Shown: positions 38,001 through 52,685 of the stretch, in pieces
How the letters are laid out: every line of letters starts with the position of its first letter
Numbering within the stretch: position 1 is the first letter of the stretch
Assembly (NCBI GenBank): GCA_964016885.1
Contig: OZ024744.1
Span: 41,106,001 to 41,170,000 of the forward strand
DNA: 64,000 nt
Direction of reading: 5' to 3'
Source: Eledone cirrhosa
Taxonomy: Eukaryota
Translations under genes and position numbers: made by a program
The notes under the pieces: generated by a model
Database searches by the model: none
What the model was told of the DNA's origin: nothing
Seen by the model: only the letters and a program-made list of their open reading frames with translations

Positions 38001-38311
38001 CCTGTGTCAGTGTTGAACAAAAAGGTGACGTGGTTGCCTTAACACCGTATGGCATAAATTCAGGCTGTTCGGTTTGTTGACAAACATGCGAACAAAGCTG
38101 CGTTATAATAAACGTCGGCTAAACTGATGCGTGCATATATGTATGTGTACCTGTATGCATATGTGTATATGCATATATATATATATATATATATATATGC
38201 ATGCTACTGTACGTCTGTATACATATATGTATGTACGTATACATACATACTTACATTTAAGTAAGTGCCATACTAAGAGTGAGAAATGAAATTTCGTTTT
38301 CATTTTTTTTC

Positions 38312-38378
<67 letters not shown>

Positions 38379-38479
38379 AGGTGAGTTTTATTGTAGTACA
38401 ATAAAGCAATGCAGATATCGGATAAGAAGCACTCTACAGTTTGTAGGACTGGAGTATATATAATATAATATAATATAAT

Positions 38480-38815
<336 letters not shown>

Positions 38816-38901
38816 AGGTAAGCAAGAAAGTGTTGGTAAAATCCAGTACTTCAGTATGCGGATAGGGAGCACTCAACGAAGATATAAATTCCGGAGTTAT
38901 A

Positions 38902-39171
38902 ATAGTGACGAAACATAAGTCAATGCATGAACTCATAATCATTTATTTACTGCTATATATATTTCGATGATAGCCATTGAATGGCTATGACCTCATCAGG
39001 CTTTTGTCCGAAGGCTCTGAACCCATCAATACCAAAAACACAGAGCTGGCATATCTAAGAACTGAGTAACTGCCTGATGAGTTCATAGCCATTCAATGGC
39101 CATCATCGAAATATATATAGCAGTAAATAAAGGATTATGAGTTCATGCATTGACTTATGTTTCGTCACTAT
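38902..39171. repeat. Inverted pseudo-LTR pair with an HHR on each arm (38949-39003 -, 39069-39124 +)
   Basis: actgc-CTGATGA-gttcatagccatt(c)aatggccatcatc-GAAA-tatata-TA/gcagt and its mirror copy. Confidence 0.87.
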
Positions 39172-39192
39172 ATATATATATAAATATATATA

Positions 39193-39257
<65 letters not shown>

Positions 39258-39344
39258 GAAGTAATTCCGTCGGAAAGGTCCAGGAAAAAAGAATGCTCTA
39301 TGTAGATTACAGAGTTTATTAGTTATGTAATAAACAACATAAGA

Positions 39345-39404
39345 TTTCATTTACCAGTGGTTTCTTGAGAGCAAACAAATTTGCTTTCAGTCATCAGAAT
39401 GAAA
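39345..39404 (-). ncRNA. Type-I hammerhead ribozyme in a pseudo-LTR fragment (~39300-39545); homologue at 52290
   Basis: tttcatt-CTGATGA-ctgaaagcaaa..tttgctctcaa-GAAA-cc(act)gg-TA/aatgaaa. Confidence 0.85.
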
Positions 39405-39546
39405 AAATCCTGGTGTATTTATTGACAGTGGATTTGAAAAACAAAAATATGATAAATATGAAAATGAGGCTGGAGGAAGAAGAAGAAAAAAAGGGGGGAA
39501 AAAGGATAATAAATAAAAATATATAAGCACACACGTACACACACAT

Positions 39547-39593
<47 letters not shown>

Positions 39594-39635
39594 ATATATT
39601 AATAAATGGAAACTATATTTATAAAACCATAATTA

Positions 39636-39788
39636 TTTTATTATATATATTTCAAGGGCAACCAAGGTAAATTATGGTGCGCTTTCATCAGCATTACAAA
39701 TTTGGTGCGCTTTCATCAGCAATACAAATTTGGTGCGCTTTCATCAGCAATACAAATTATGGTGCGCTTTCATCAGCAATACAAATTT
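39636..39788 (-). ncRNA. Family-B HHR whose 5' half is repeated four times in tandem (28-29 bp unit, 39669-39788)
   Basis: (atttgtattg-CTGATGA-aagcgcacca)x4 followed by one ..tggttgccctt-GAAA-tata-TA/taata. Confidence 0.65.
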
Positions 39789-39960
39789 GTTTTATAAATA
39801 AATATTGACATACCCTGAAAAAAGACAACCTCAACGGTTGAAATTCGCTGGATAGTGGAGATACTTGAGGGTGCTACAAATTTGTGAGTGAGTATGCAAA
39901 TGATTGTCGGAAAAATTGAAAAAAACAACGGTTTATTTAAATTAAACTGTTGGAAGTAAA

Positions 39961-40400
39961 TAGATGTAAAAGGGAGAGAGACAAGATAGATGTAAAAGGG
40001 AGAGACATAAAATAGATGTAAAAGGGAGAGCGACAAGATAGATGTAAAAGGGAGAGAGACGAGATAGATGTAAAAGGGAGAGAGATAAAATAGATGTAAA
40101 AGGGAGAGCGACAAGATAGATGTAAAAGGGAGAGAGACGAGATAGATGTAAAAGGGAGAGAGACAAGATAGATGTAAAAGGGAGAGAGACAAGATAGATG
40201 TAAAAGGGAGAGAGACAAGATAGTTGTAAAAGGGAGAGAGATAAAATAGATGTAAAAGGGAGAGAGACAAAATAGATGTAAAAGAGAGAGTGACAAGATA
40301 GATGTAAAAGGGAGAGAGACGAGATAGATGTAAAAGGGAGAGCGACAAAATAGATGTAAAAGGGAGAGCGACAAGATAGATGTAAATGGGAGAGAGACAA
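39961..40400 (+). repeat. 26 bp minisatellite, ~17 copies (tagatgtaaaagggagagagacaaga)
   Basis: Head-to-tail units without spacers, within the PLE 3' UTR. Confidence 0.92.
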
Positions 40401-41849
40401 AAAATTGAGAGGGAGAGAGATAGAGAGAAAAAATATATTGAAAGGGAGGGAGATAGAATAGTGAGTTGGGAGAGAGAAGAGAATAGAAAGAGAAAGAGAG
40501 AGATAGAAGAAAAAAGAGAAAAGATATAATATTGAGAGAGAGTGAAGGAAAGGACAAATATTTGAGATGGAGAGAGAAAGAAAAAAGTATTGAGAGGGAG
40601 AGAGAAAAGAATGTTGAAAAAAGAGGGAGAAAGAGTAGTGAGAGAGAGAAGAAAGAGAAAGAGAAAGAGAAAGAGAAAGAGGGGCGAAGTGAGTGAAGAA
40701 ATAAATTTATATAGATGAATAGTCAGAATGTAAATATATTATTCGTTATGTGTTTATATTACTTATAAAGGTAAATTTAAAAAATTAAATTAAATTATTG
40801 ATAAGAAAACTTTACAAAAGAGTATTGTTATAATTTAGTTAAAAATTTAACCAGAAATTTAATTAAAATTTAATTAGAATTTAATTAAAATTTAATTAAT
40901 TACTATAAGATATATTACAAAAAGAAGTATTTAAAATTTACTAAGATGTATTAATACTATATAGGTTTAGATGGGTATTTTATGTTATAGGTTATAAATT
41001 ATTTGAATGTATAGTATTTTGCATTGGGAAAAAAAAACAAGTATAGTTTAATTGATTTTGGCAAAATTATATTTAGCCAGAGTTTATTAATAGTTGTAAG
41101 TTAAATCTTAAACATCAAATATTTATGAAGATTTACGAGAGTTTAGAAAGGAAAAATTATTTAATTAGGTGTATATATTAAAACAATTTACAATTTCGAC
41201 TATAAAGACTATAAAGATTGAGATTATAAAAAGAATAAGGAAGTTTAAAGGAAGTTAAAAAGGGATTTTTTTTATGATTCAAGGATAGATAAGAATCACT
41301 ACGAAAGTTATAAGAAGTTATAAAAAATTATAAAAATTTATCTTAAAATATAATGAAAATATAAGACATAATTATTGCACATATATATAAAAATAATATA
41401 AATGATTGGATATATATGAAGATACATAAGTATTAAAAATAGTTGGATATATAAGAAAATACATAAGTATTAAACATGTTTAGAATATGTAGCGTAATGG
41501 AAGATATGAAAATAATGGATTTTCATATCTTTCAAAAGAACCTTTCAGAAATTTAATCATAAGTTTTACAAAAATTTCCAGGAGGAGTTTCGAAGGAAAT
41601 TTTTAGAATTTTTCAAAATATTTTCATAAAAGAATTTCTGGAGAGTGCGATAATATAAGTATTAGAAAGTAAAGGTTTTAAGGAGTAAATTAAAATTAAA
41701 ATTAATAAGTGTACTTCATATATGTAGGAAGGTTAGAATTATATTGATATATATATAATCTGAGGGAAGAGATTATAGGTGTTTGGATGGAGAAAAACGT
41801 TATGTAAGGAAGAATGAACATATATTACATTTTATATATATATCTAAAA

Positions 41850-43835
41850 GTTGAGTTTAACCAATGTTTACAAGAACTAAATAAATTATTCCGCAAATTA
41901 ACAGAGTTCTTAGATTTTAGTATAAAGAATATTTCCTCTACACAAAGCTACAAAATTTCGATAGAGCTGTGTAGCATGGTGCTTTGGGGACAATATTTCA
42001 AGATAAAGAGTAGTTTATATTCTTGGATTTTAAATTCCATAATAAGTTGGATATAGAAGTTGAAGATTTCTTGGTAATATTCGTAAAGGAACAGTTATGG
42101 TTATTGAAACGAGATTTGAAGTCTGTCGAAGTAGAGCCGACATAGTTGAAGGAATTATCTGTGGTTTTGACATTACAATTGTATACTATATTTTTAACTA
42201 AACAGTTATTATTTAGAGGACAGTTAGATTTATTTCTACAATTACATTTATCGGAATTTATATTATTGGGAGCCGTAACATTATATTGGATATTGCTAGG
42301 GTTATTAATGCTATTCTGGTTAAGTTTTAAGTTTCTATTATTAATTTTATTAATATTCTGCGCTAAATTCATAGTGGTAGAGTATGATAATTTAATAGTA
42401 TGTCTATTAAAGATTGAGTAATACCTGTGCGTCTTGGGAAAACAATTATCTAAAGCTTTAAAAAATAGTTTAGCTATTGGAGTTTTAATACTTAATGAGA
42501 AAGGGGCAGCGAACCATAATATATTTCTAGTTCTATTTCTTCTTTTGATTTTCGAGTTAGTGCAAGGTTTCCTATTATAATTATAATTATAGTTATGGTT
42601 AATTGGCACATCCTTATCAATATATTTAATTTCATTATTATAGCCTGCTCTACTTAAAGTTTCGTTATAATATTGTGCCTTATCTTCAAATATATTTTTA
42701 TTCGCTGAGATTCTAGAAATACGTTGCTGCACAGAATTTACAATAGTGTTTTTTAACGGATCTCGGGTGATTGGAATTAAAGTTAACATAGTTTAAATTC
42801 TCATTGATTTTATGAAAAGGATAATAAAGACCAGTATTAAGGTTTAAAGTTACATCTAAAAAGTTAACTATTTTATAATTATTCTCTACTTCTACTTTAA
42901 GATTAAGGTTATTAAAAAATTGTATAATTACTTTTCTTTTCCTGTTGATTTCACAATTATTATTATTTTCAATAAGCAATAGCATATCGTCACGATATAA
43001 ACCACCGGTCGTCTCTGGTATTTTCCTATGTACAGTATTGTTAATAAAAAGCCCCACAAGATCCGTTAATTGCGCCGAGTTCGATGACCCCATAGTGATA
43101 TCGACATTGTTATCCCTATCTGCTCTAGTCCAAAGGTGGTTGCTAAATTTAATTAAGGTTTTACGTGCAGTTAAGATGATGTGCATTTCATCGCTAGATA
43201 AATCAGTATATTTAAATGCATAAGTAAGGGCTTTATTAAGTAAATTAGGAGTGATAGATGAGTAATAATTAGCAATATACAATTGAATGAATTTATTGTT
43301 ATGCTTATATTTAATGTCCTTAAACCAGTCAATAACTTCATTAGTCCCATTCCATAATTTTAAATAAGATATTTCCTTAGATTGCGGTATGATTATATCT
43401 AAAATATTCTTGCTAAGTATGCCAAAGTCCGATTTAGATGGTGCAATCAGTCTAACTGGTAATTCAATTTCAAAATTTCTTTTATGGTCCTTCAAATTAA
43501 TTTTTGGTTTCCTAGGTATGATGGGTTGAGTCCTATTTTCGATGCCTAATTCTTGCATTATATAAGAAGTTTCAGTATTTAGTCGTTCAAGGTCGTCATT
43601 GGTTGTTCTTTTGTAATTTTTCCTTAATTCCTTCAATATAAGATTATTATAATCGTCCTTTTGCATTCCGTAAAGATTGTTGGTTTTATCTGATTTAACA
43701 AGAATTTTTTCCGTTTCTTCAAAATTTTCCATATTATTTTTGAGACATTTGAGGTAATTCTGGCCTACAAAATAGTTTTTCTTAAATTTAATGTATTGTA
43801 TAATAGAAATAATCTCATTTTCAAATTCTGTTAAT
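41850..43835 (-). pseudogene. PLE RT/GIY-YIG ORF, 5'-truncated and frameshifted
   Basis: ORFs 42713-43732 and 41998-42789 overlap in different frames. Confidence 0.9.
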
Positions 43836-43908
43836 AACCGTTGAGTGCTTTATATCAGTTATAAAAATGTTTAAGCTTATTGAATCCCAACAAATTAAAT
43901 ATAACCTC

Positions 43909-44015
<107 letters not shown>

Positions 44016-44372
44016 GTATATATACATACATATACACACCTATATATACACATATATATCCATACATACACATGCATAATATACACAAACACACATATAT
44101 ATATATATATGTGTGTGTGTGTGTTGAGTACTTTAGACTTTGTTTTATCATGAGTTAAGGCTCTATTGATTTTTCCCTGGATTTCTCTAAATTCTGTTGG
44201 ATCAATCTATATCCTGATTCCTTTTGAATTGAGTCTGAATTATTTTTCCCTTATCTTATGTTAACTATTTTCCCATTTTGACGCTATAGTCACATATATG
44301 TTATGGAAGACTGTTAGCTTCTCGCTACAACAATTTCTATACTTTTCATATATATATATATATATATATATA

Positions 44373-45960
44373 TGTAGCGACTAGCGCCAACTTGCCCGGG
44401 GAGAAAAAACTAATTGGAGTTACTTCCCGTTGAATTCTAGAAGATTCCTTGAACTTCCGGTCTAGGGATTATAAAGGAGGGAGAAAAGAGACATCTTGGC
44501 TTATTTGGCGACGGCTCACGGACAGTTTACTCGAGTGTGATTGTTAACCTTATTATATCTGTATCAAATAAAATTAGTTGTTGGCCTGCAGTGGCGTTTA
44601 CCAAAGTAAATAACCCTGTGACTAATTCACTAAAGTGGTGACCCCGACGTGAATAAATCTTTTACTGTAATCGCTAGTGAAGCTGAGATGCCCATGGGCT
44701 GAAATCTCTCGACCATTCCATTGGAAGCTTCCTTATTTCGTGAAATATCACGACTCTTGGGTGCTCATCACATTCATACGACCAGCTATCATCCAGCCTC
44801 CAATGGAATGGTAGAGAGGTTTCATAGACAATTGGAAGCTGCACTTTGCGCTACTCCTGATTCGCAACGTTGGACTAAATTTTTGCCAATCGTGCTTCTT
44901 GGTTGTCGCTCTACCATTATGATAGATTTAGGTTTTCTTCGGCTGAACTTCTTTATGGTACCACATTGTCTCTTCCTGGGCAAATGTTAGCACCAGTGGA
45001 TTCATTACATCTTGACCCAGCATCATATGTCACCAGGATTCGTTCGTATTTCTCGGATCTTCCACCAATGAACCCTCGTGACCAATCTACTATTTTCTTC
45101 TGCTGTCCCATCGGACATCTCTACGTGGACACACATTTTCATATGGAATGATTCCGTCAAGAGACCTCTTACGTCACCTTATAATGGACCTTTTCGTGTG
45201 CTTTCGCACACACCAAAACACTTTACAGTGGCTGTCAATGGTCGAAAAGAGGTAATATCCGTTGACAGAGCAAAGAAGGCTTTCTCTGAAAGTCTCACAT
45301 CATTGCCTGGCATACCTTGCACATAGACTCCCACACAAACACCTTCACCTCCACCGCAAACACCACATACCACACAACCATATGTCACACGAAGTGGCAG
45401 GACAGTAATATGGCCACGGAAACTCTCAAAAACAATATTCGTCTAACCCCTAGTAGCATTAACTATTTGACTGAAAAATGTTGAACTTATTTTTTTAGCA
45501 GTATTTTCCTTGCTCCCTTGTACTGTTTTGAATTGTATTGTTCCAGTTACATTTTTCTGCATGTTTATTTTCATACTTTGCTTCTGTTGCAAACCATTTT
45601 AATGTATGTACCTTTTGCTTTGCTTGATCCTTATTCTACGGCTCCTGGCTACAATGACCTTACGGTTATTATCAACTATTGTCTGGAGGGGAGCCTTGTA
45701 GCGACTAGCGCCACCTTACCCGGAGAGAACAAAACTAATTGGAGTTACTTCCCGTTGAATTCTAGAAGATTGCTTGAATTTCCGGTCCAGGGATTATAAA
45801 GGAGGGAGAAAAGAGACATCTTGGCTTATTTGGTGACGGCTCACGGACAGTTCACTCACGAGCGAGTTTGTTAACCTTATTATATCTGTATCAAATTAAA
45901 TTAGTGGTTGGCCTGCAATGGCGTTTACCAAAGTAAATAACCCTGTGACTAATTCACTAA
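44373..45960 (+). mobile_element. Internally deleted Ty3/Gypsy LTR retrotransposon
   Basis: LTRs 44373-44634 and 45697-45960 (both start tgtagcgactagcgcca); PBS tggtgaccccgacgtga 44636-44652 complementary to the tRNA-Trp 3' end; PPT ggaggggag 45685; integrase HTTSYHPASNGMVERFHRQL and PYNGPF; inserted in (TA)n. Confidence 0.93.
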
Positions 45961-46288
45961 CTATATATATATATATATAGATATATATACATATATACAT
46001 GGTGGCTGCCAACTCGTTTTCGAGTACGGCCACTACTTTATATCCATGTAGGAGAACCCCTATCGATGCGCTGAACGAGTGTGACTTTTTAGTCCAGCCA
46101 GCGACTTGAGAACTCTGGTACAAACACTACACTTGTGACAATTATTGACACATAGTGCTGGGCCCATGGTACCATGTAACGACAAATGCAGAGAGATCTC
46201 CAGATATAAAGCAATGCCTGTGCCGTGAAGCTTTTATACATACATACATACATACATACATACATACATACATACATACATACATACA

Positions 46289-46323
<35 letters not shown>

Positions 46324-46785
46324 CACACATACATACGCACACACATATAAGGATATATATACATACATACCTACACACACAATTAAGAATAAATAAAAAT
46401 CAATGAACAACCATATTAGGCCGTCACATACAAATAGGCAAATAAAAAATAAGAATTAAGAAAATAAAAATTATTATTGAGTTGAAAGCGATACAGGACG
46501 GCACAAATAAATATAAATAACCAAACACACGTGGTAAGCAAATGCACAAGCTAAAATAAAAAAATAAAAAATATATATATACATACACACATATATACAC
46601 ACACATACATATACACACACATACATATACAAATACATGCATACACAACCGAATACATATATACACATACACAGAAAAATACACACAGATAAATATATAC
46701 ATATACGCATAAGTACGTACATATACATACGCACGTACATACATATATATATATATATCTATATATATCTATATATACACATATA

Positions 46786-46933
<148 letters not shown>

Positions 46934-47039
46934 CACATACATATACACTCATATATATACACATATACATATACATATATATACATATACATATACACAT
47001 ATACATACATAAATACATATATATACATAAAAATAAAAA

Positions 47040-49090
47040 TAAACAGGAAGTAAAAAGGTGGAAGGAGTATTCAAATAGTTGGGAATACGACAAATAAAAA
47101 ATAAAGGTATAAATGTTTATAGCTGATATAGAGCACTCAACAGGGACCTGGAGCAAATAATCAATGAAAGTAATAGTATCACCAACAAATATCAATTAGC
47201 TGACAATAACACCTACAATACTATTAATAAAGAAGATAAGGAACTAGCCTTTTTTTAAAAATAGACAACCGGATTGAAAGCCTAGCTAAACGTAAAGAAT
47301 ATATTACCCTTAAAGACCATAAATTAGACTTTACTAATCGACCTAGCTGTAGAATGATAAACCGAAGTTGGCCTTGCAAGTAAAAAAATCGTTAAAAAAA
47401 TAATTCTCAAAATTAGAACTAAGACTGACTTATCACAATGGTTAAATACATCCTCTGTTATTTTTTGGTTTAATAATATACAAGGTAAACATAAGTGTAG
47501 ATTTACCCAATTCGATATTATTGATTTTTACCCCTCTATTACTGTTTCCTTATTAAGATTTTGCAAGACCTTTCATTAATATTTCTAAATTAGAGGAAGA
47601 CATTATCTTCATGCTAGGAAAACTCTACTCTTTACCAATGAAAGTATCTGGGTTAAAAAGTCAAGCCCTGAAAACTCTTTCGATGTTGCAATGGGTTCAT
47701 ATGACAGTGCGGATGTGTGTGACTTCGTTGGAATATTCCTTCTCCACACCCTTAAAGAGAAATTTCCTTCCCATAATATCGGTTTATACCGTGACGACGG
47801 ATTGGCAGTTTCTCATACCACCAACGGCCATAACCTTGATAAATTCTGTAAAGATTTAATCAATACTTTTGCTAACCTAAACCTTAAAATTACTATAGAT
47901 ACGAACCTTACCAATGGTAACTTTCTCGACATTAATCTTGACCTACTTACTGCCTCTTGTAAACCTTATCATAAACCTAACGAGAATCTAAGATATATAC
48001 AAAGAGTCTTGCCATCCCCCTATAGTTTTTAATAATCTTATTCCTACCATTAGCCGTAGGATTTCTACCTTATCTTCGTCTCTAGTCATTTTAAACAAAG
48101 CCGCCACTTATTATAATAAAGCCCTCAATAACAGAATACATTAAATATTTACCTACTCCTCCCCCTAAAACTAATAACAATAATTGGAAAAGGAAAATTA
48201 TTTGGTTTACACCCCCCCTTCTCTCTAACTGTCAAAACTAATGTAGGAAGGAAATTCCTTGACCTCCTAGACAAACATTTTCCCCCTAATCATAGATATT
48301 ATAAGATATTTAATAGAAATGTAGTTAAAATTAGTTACTCTTGCTGCCCATCAATGAAGTCTAAAGTCACCAACTCTAATCGTACGAGAATAAATCCAGC
48401 ATGCAGTTGCAGAAAGCTGGATGAATGCCCATTACAGGACAAATGTAACAACAAATCCGTTGTATATGAGGCCAAAGTGACACCTTTGATTAACAACCAG
48501 CCAGCCAGGAGTGAACAATATGTTGGCATGACTCAGGACAGGTTCAAAACCAGGTTTTATGCACATGTCGCTTCTTTTAAACACCCTGATAAAAGAACAG
48601 CAACGGCCCTCGATAATAAGGTGTGGGAATTCAAAGATAAAAACATTCCATACTCGATTGGTCTATTTTAGACCATTCGAGGGAATACCAAAGGGGCACA
48701 AAGAATTGTTCTTTGTGTACCACTGAAACATTTAGAATTCAACAAAATTTGAATGCCACTTCAACTTGCCTTAACTCCAAAACCGAGATCTTCAAATGTT
48801 GTCCTCACCTGAAATCACATATGCTCTGTAATTGGATTGACATTCCTACGATGACACAACCACCTTGAACTTCTTCTTTGCTCTTTACGCTTTACGTCCA
48901 CTATGACTTTTATTACTCTCAGAACTCACTTTCTGTACCCTTATATTCTTTTACTCCCTTATCTCCTCTTATATTTTAACTTTTTCCTATGTTATTTATT
49001 TTCCTTATTCTCCCTACTTTCTACCTTACTCTTTACATATTCACCTCCTTTTTATTTATAGATATTTATTTGTGTATGTATGTTTTTGTG

Positions 49091-49167
<77 letters not shown>

Positions 49168-49248
49168 CATTTTATATATATGTATATGTATATGTATATA
49201 TATATATGTGTGTGTGTGTGTTTATATGTGTGTGTGTGTATATAAGTT

Positions 49249-49291
<43 letters not shown>

Positions 49292-49515
49292 ATGTAATTG
49301 GTTGTGTGCGTGTGTGTGTATGTATATATATATGTATATGCATAATTACATACAGAGTTATTTAATGTTTACTTTCATTGATTATTTGCTCCAGGAACTG
49401 TTGAGAGCTCTATATCAGCTATAAACATTTATACCTTTATTTTTTATTTGTCGTATTCCCAACTATTTGAATACCACTTCCACCTTTTTATTTCCTTTTT
49501 ATTTTTATTTTTTAT
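47040..49515 (+). mobile_element. Decayed Penelope-like element with inverted terminal segment
   Basis: ITLKDHK; MGSYDSADVCD; GLYRDDGL; FLDINL; CPLQDKC..VVYEAKV..YVGMT..RFYAH; 47040-47190 is the reverse complement of ~49365-49515. Confidence 0.9.
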
Positions 49516-49539
49516 GTATATATATATATATATATATAT

Positions 49540-50679
49540 TGGTAAACGGAATAGAAAATGCTGACAAATTGTTCACAGTTGAAAAATGGTTTAATTAGGA
49601 ATAAAAGAGTATTAGTGATTGTATGGGTTAGTATTCAGTTGTGGTTTTAAGTTTTTAAGTTTTTACCGGTTGCGCATTTCTAAATGCTTTTCAAAAATAA
49701 TATTAAAATTAATATTCCCTACAACTTAGCCAAGAGAATCTGTACTATAGTCTCCAATAAAAACATCTGCTACTTACGGCTACAAGAACTAAAGGACACA
49801 CTCATAGGCAGGGACTACCCTGCATCACTAATTGACAATGGAATCCAACGTGCCCTAAAACTCAGTACCCAGGACCTTAGACACCCTAAAGTAAATCAAC
49901 CAAAACTAAAAGCTCTTCCATACATCTCCACACACAACCCCCTCAACAATGAGGCCTTTGACACCATCCTCCAGAACATCCCTGTATTGAAAAAGGACCA
50001 TAGAATGAACCAAATTCTACGAACACACGATATCATAAAGAGCAAAAGACAATCCAAGTCAATGAAAAACAACAACGAAACCCACAGTAAAAAAATGCGA
50101 TAGACCCAACTGTGGCATTTGCATCAACCTAATAGAGGGTTCGGAATTCTATTTCAAAGATGGACAACGTTTTATAGTAAAACACAATTTCACATGTGCA
50201 TCGGAAAATTTAATATATGTATTAACTTGTTCAGGTTGTCGAGAACAATACATAGGCCAGACCAAAAACAGCCTCCGCCAACGCATGACTGTCCATAGAT
50301 CCCAAATTAAAATACGGGAATACAGGAAAATACCACTGAGTGAACACATTGATACCTGTGCCGCCCAAAATCATCCCAACTTCAGAATCTTTCCCCTCTA
50401 CAAATTTAAAGATAATGCCACCCACACCCAGCGCATCAGCAAGGAATCTTACTTCATTAACAAATACGGACCCCGTCTAAACACTTCTCCCTAAGACGAA
50501 CCCACAACATACACACGTCAACATACATACCTACATCAGCACACATCTCTACCCACATATAAACACAATGACACACGTAAACACACATGCTCTATGGTGC
50601 AATACAAAAAAATATATGTGCATATATATGTATGTATATATGTATATATATATATATATATATGTAGTGAAAATATATA

Positions 50680-50711
<32 letters not shown>

Positions 50712-51107
50712 GTGAATATCATTTCACACCTTTTATTGTTAAGATTGTTGATGTTCTATTAAGAGAACCGATTTTACTGAAAAAATCGAATAATGTACAC
50801 CATTTTACCAGGGGGAAAAAATACTGGTCCACCCACACACGCACACACACACACACACACATATGTACACAAACACATACACACGCGTACATCAACATAC
50901 AAAGAGACTTATGCACAAACACACACACACACACACGCACTTCTCTGTATAAGACAAAAGCTGAAAAATATCTTTTGACCTTCGAATGACTCTGCTGTGT
51001 GTATGTACGCACACACACACACACACACACTTATCTTAATAGCCATTTGACACACATCGCTGGTGGCTATTGTCGCAGCATCGAACACCTTACTACTACT
51101 ACTACTA

Positions 51108-51141
<34 letters not shown>

Positions 51142-51605
51142 TTGTTGTGAAAGAGTCATTTCTCAATCTTGGCGCAAAACCAATTTTTTATCCACATGAC
51201 CTCTACCGACCAATCAAAATTGTTTTGACCAATAATTTTTGCTGGAGCCACTTTTCTAACATTTTAACATAAAAACAGTCTTGGCGCAAAATCAACTTTT
51301 TACATTCACATGACCTCTACCGACCAATCAAAATTGTTTTGACCACAAGCATTTTTGCAACACAAAAATAACGCTGGAGCCATTTTTTTAACATAAAAAC
51401 AGGTAGAATTCCCAAAACTAATCAGATCAGAGCAAACAGCACGGACACTCAATCTCAAAATTATTTTTGAAAAGCATTTAGAAATGCGCAACCGGTAAAA
51501 ACTTAAAAACTTAAAACCCATACAATCACTAATACTCTTTTATTCCTAATTAAACCATTTTTCAACTGTGAACAATTTGTCAGCATTTTCTATTCCGTTT
51601 ACCAA
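49540..51605 (+). mobile_element. 5'-truncated Neptune/Naiad-type PLE with inverted pseudo-LTRs
   Basis: NIPYNLAKRICTI; KCDRPNCGIC; FTCASENLIYVLTCSGCREQYIGQT..RQRMTVH; 49540-49700 is the reverse complement of 51460-51605. Confidence 0.9.
51463..51501 (+). ncRNA. HHR-like motif, U3-A8 variant with GCAA in place of GAAA (mirror copy 49660-49698 -)
   Basis: ttt-TTGAAAA-gcattt(ag)aaatgc-GCAA-ccgg-TA/aaa. Confidence 0.5.
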
Positions 51606-51640
51606 TATATAATAACTTGTGTGTTACACCTCTATTCTTT

Positions 51641-51732
<92 letters not shown>

Positions 51733-52010
51733 GTATTTATGTATGTATATATATGTATATGTATGTGTATATTTATGCGTGTATATGCATGTATATATAT
51801 ATATAATATAAATATATATATATATATGTGTGTGTGTATGTGTGTATGTGTGTATATGTGTATATATAGATATATATCTATATATAAATATGTATGTGCA
51901 TGCGCATGTATGTGTACGTACTTATGCGTATGTGTATATATTTATGTGTGTGTATTTTTCTGTGTATGTGTATATATGTATATGGTTGTGTATGCATGTA
52001 TTTATATATG

Positions 52011-52045
<35 letters not shown>

Positions 52046-52289
52046 GTGTTGTGTATATTATGCATGTGTATGTATGGATTTATATATGTGTATATGTATT
52101 TGTGTATATGAATGTATATATACATATATATATATGTGTGTGTGTGCGTGTGTGTGTGTACGTGTGTGTTTATATATTTTTATTTATTATCCTTTCCCCC
52201 CTTTTTTTCTTCTTCTTCCTCCAGCCTCACTTTCATATTTATCATATTTTTGTTTTTCAAATCCACTGTCAATAAATACAGCAGGGTTT

Positions 52290-52349
52290 TTTCATTCTGA
52301 TGACTGAAAGCAAATTTGTTTTCTTTCAAGAAACCACTGGCAAATGAAA
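52290..52349 (+). ncRNA. Hammerhead motif with mutated cleavage triplet (GCA), probably inactive
   Basis: Homologue of 39345-39404: ttcatt-CTGATGA..GAAA-ccactgg-CA/aatgaa. Confidence 0.7.
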
Positions 52350-52377
52350 TAATTATCTTATGTTGTTTATTACATAC

Positions 52378-52417
<40 letters not shown>

Positions 52418-52619
52418 AGAACATTTTTGAAACTTTAAATATATATATATATTAAATATATATATATATATATATATTTAAAGGTTAAACAAGGTTCAAT
52501 GAATAAATCAAAGAATGAGTTTTACAATAGATTGGAAGCACTCAACAGAAATGGTTTTCCGGAGTTATTAATATCAATTCAAAAGATTAACAAAATAGAT
52601 ATTCTTGTGATCAACATAT

Positions 52620-52685
52620 ATTTTATTATACACATTTCAGAGGTACTGAGTTAAGTTCAACAGTACGTCCTCATCAGACAAAATA
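52620..52685 (-). ncRNA. Type-I hammerhead ribozyme in a pseudo-LTR fragment (~52480-52740)
   Basis: attttgt-CTGATGA-ggacgtactg..cagtacctct-GAAA-tgtgta-TA/ataaaat. Confidence 0.78.

Noticed and set aside
39961-40400. 26 bp repeat array as a possible CRISPR array or repeat protein
   Set aside because: Head-to-tail units with no unique spacers, no cas genes, eukaryotic context; open frames are a by-product of the repeat.
49684-50494. Possible selenocysteine-encoding Naiad-type PLE
   Set aside because: Cys motifs are encoded by TGY; no in-frame TGA at Cys positions and no SECIS recognised.
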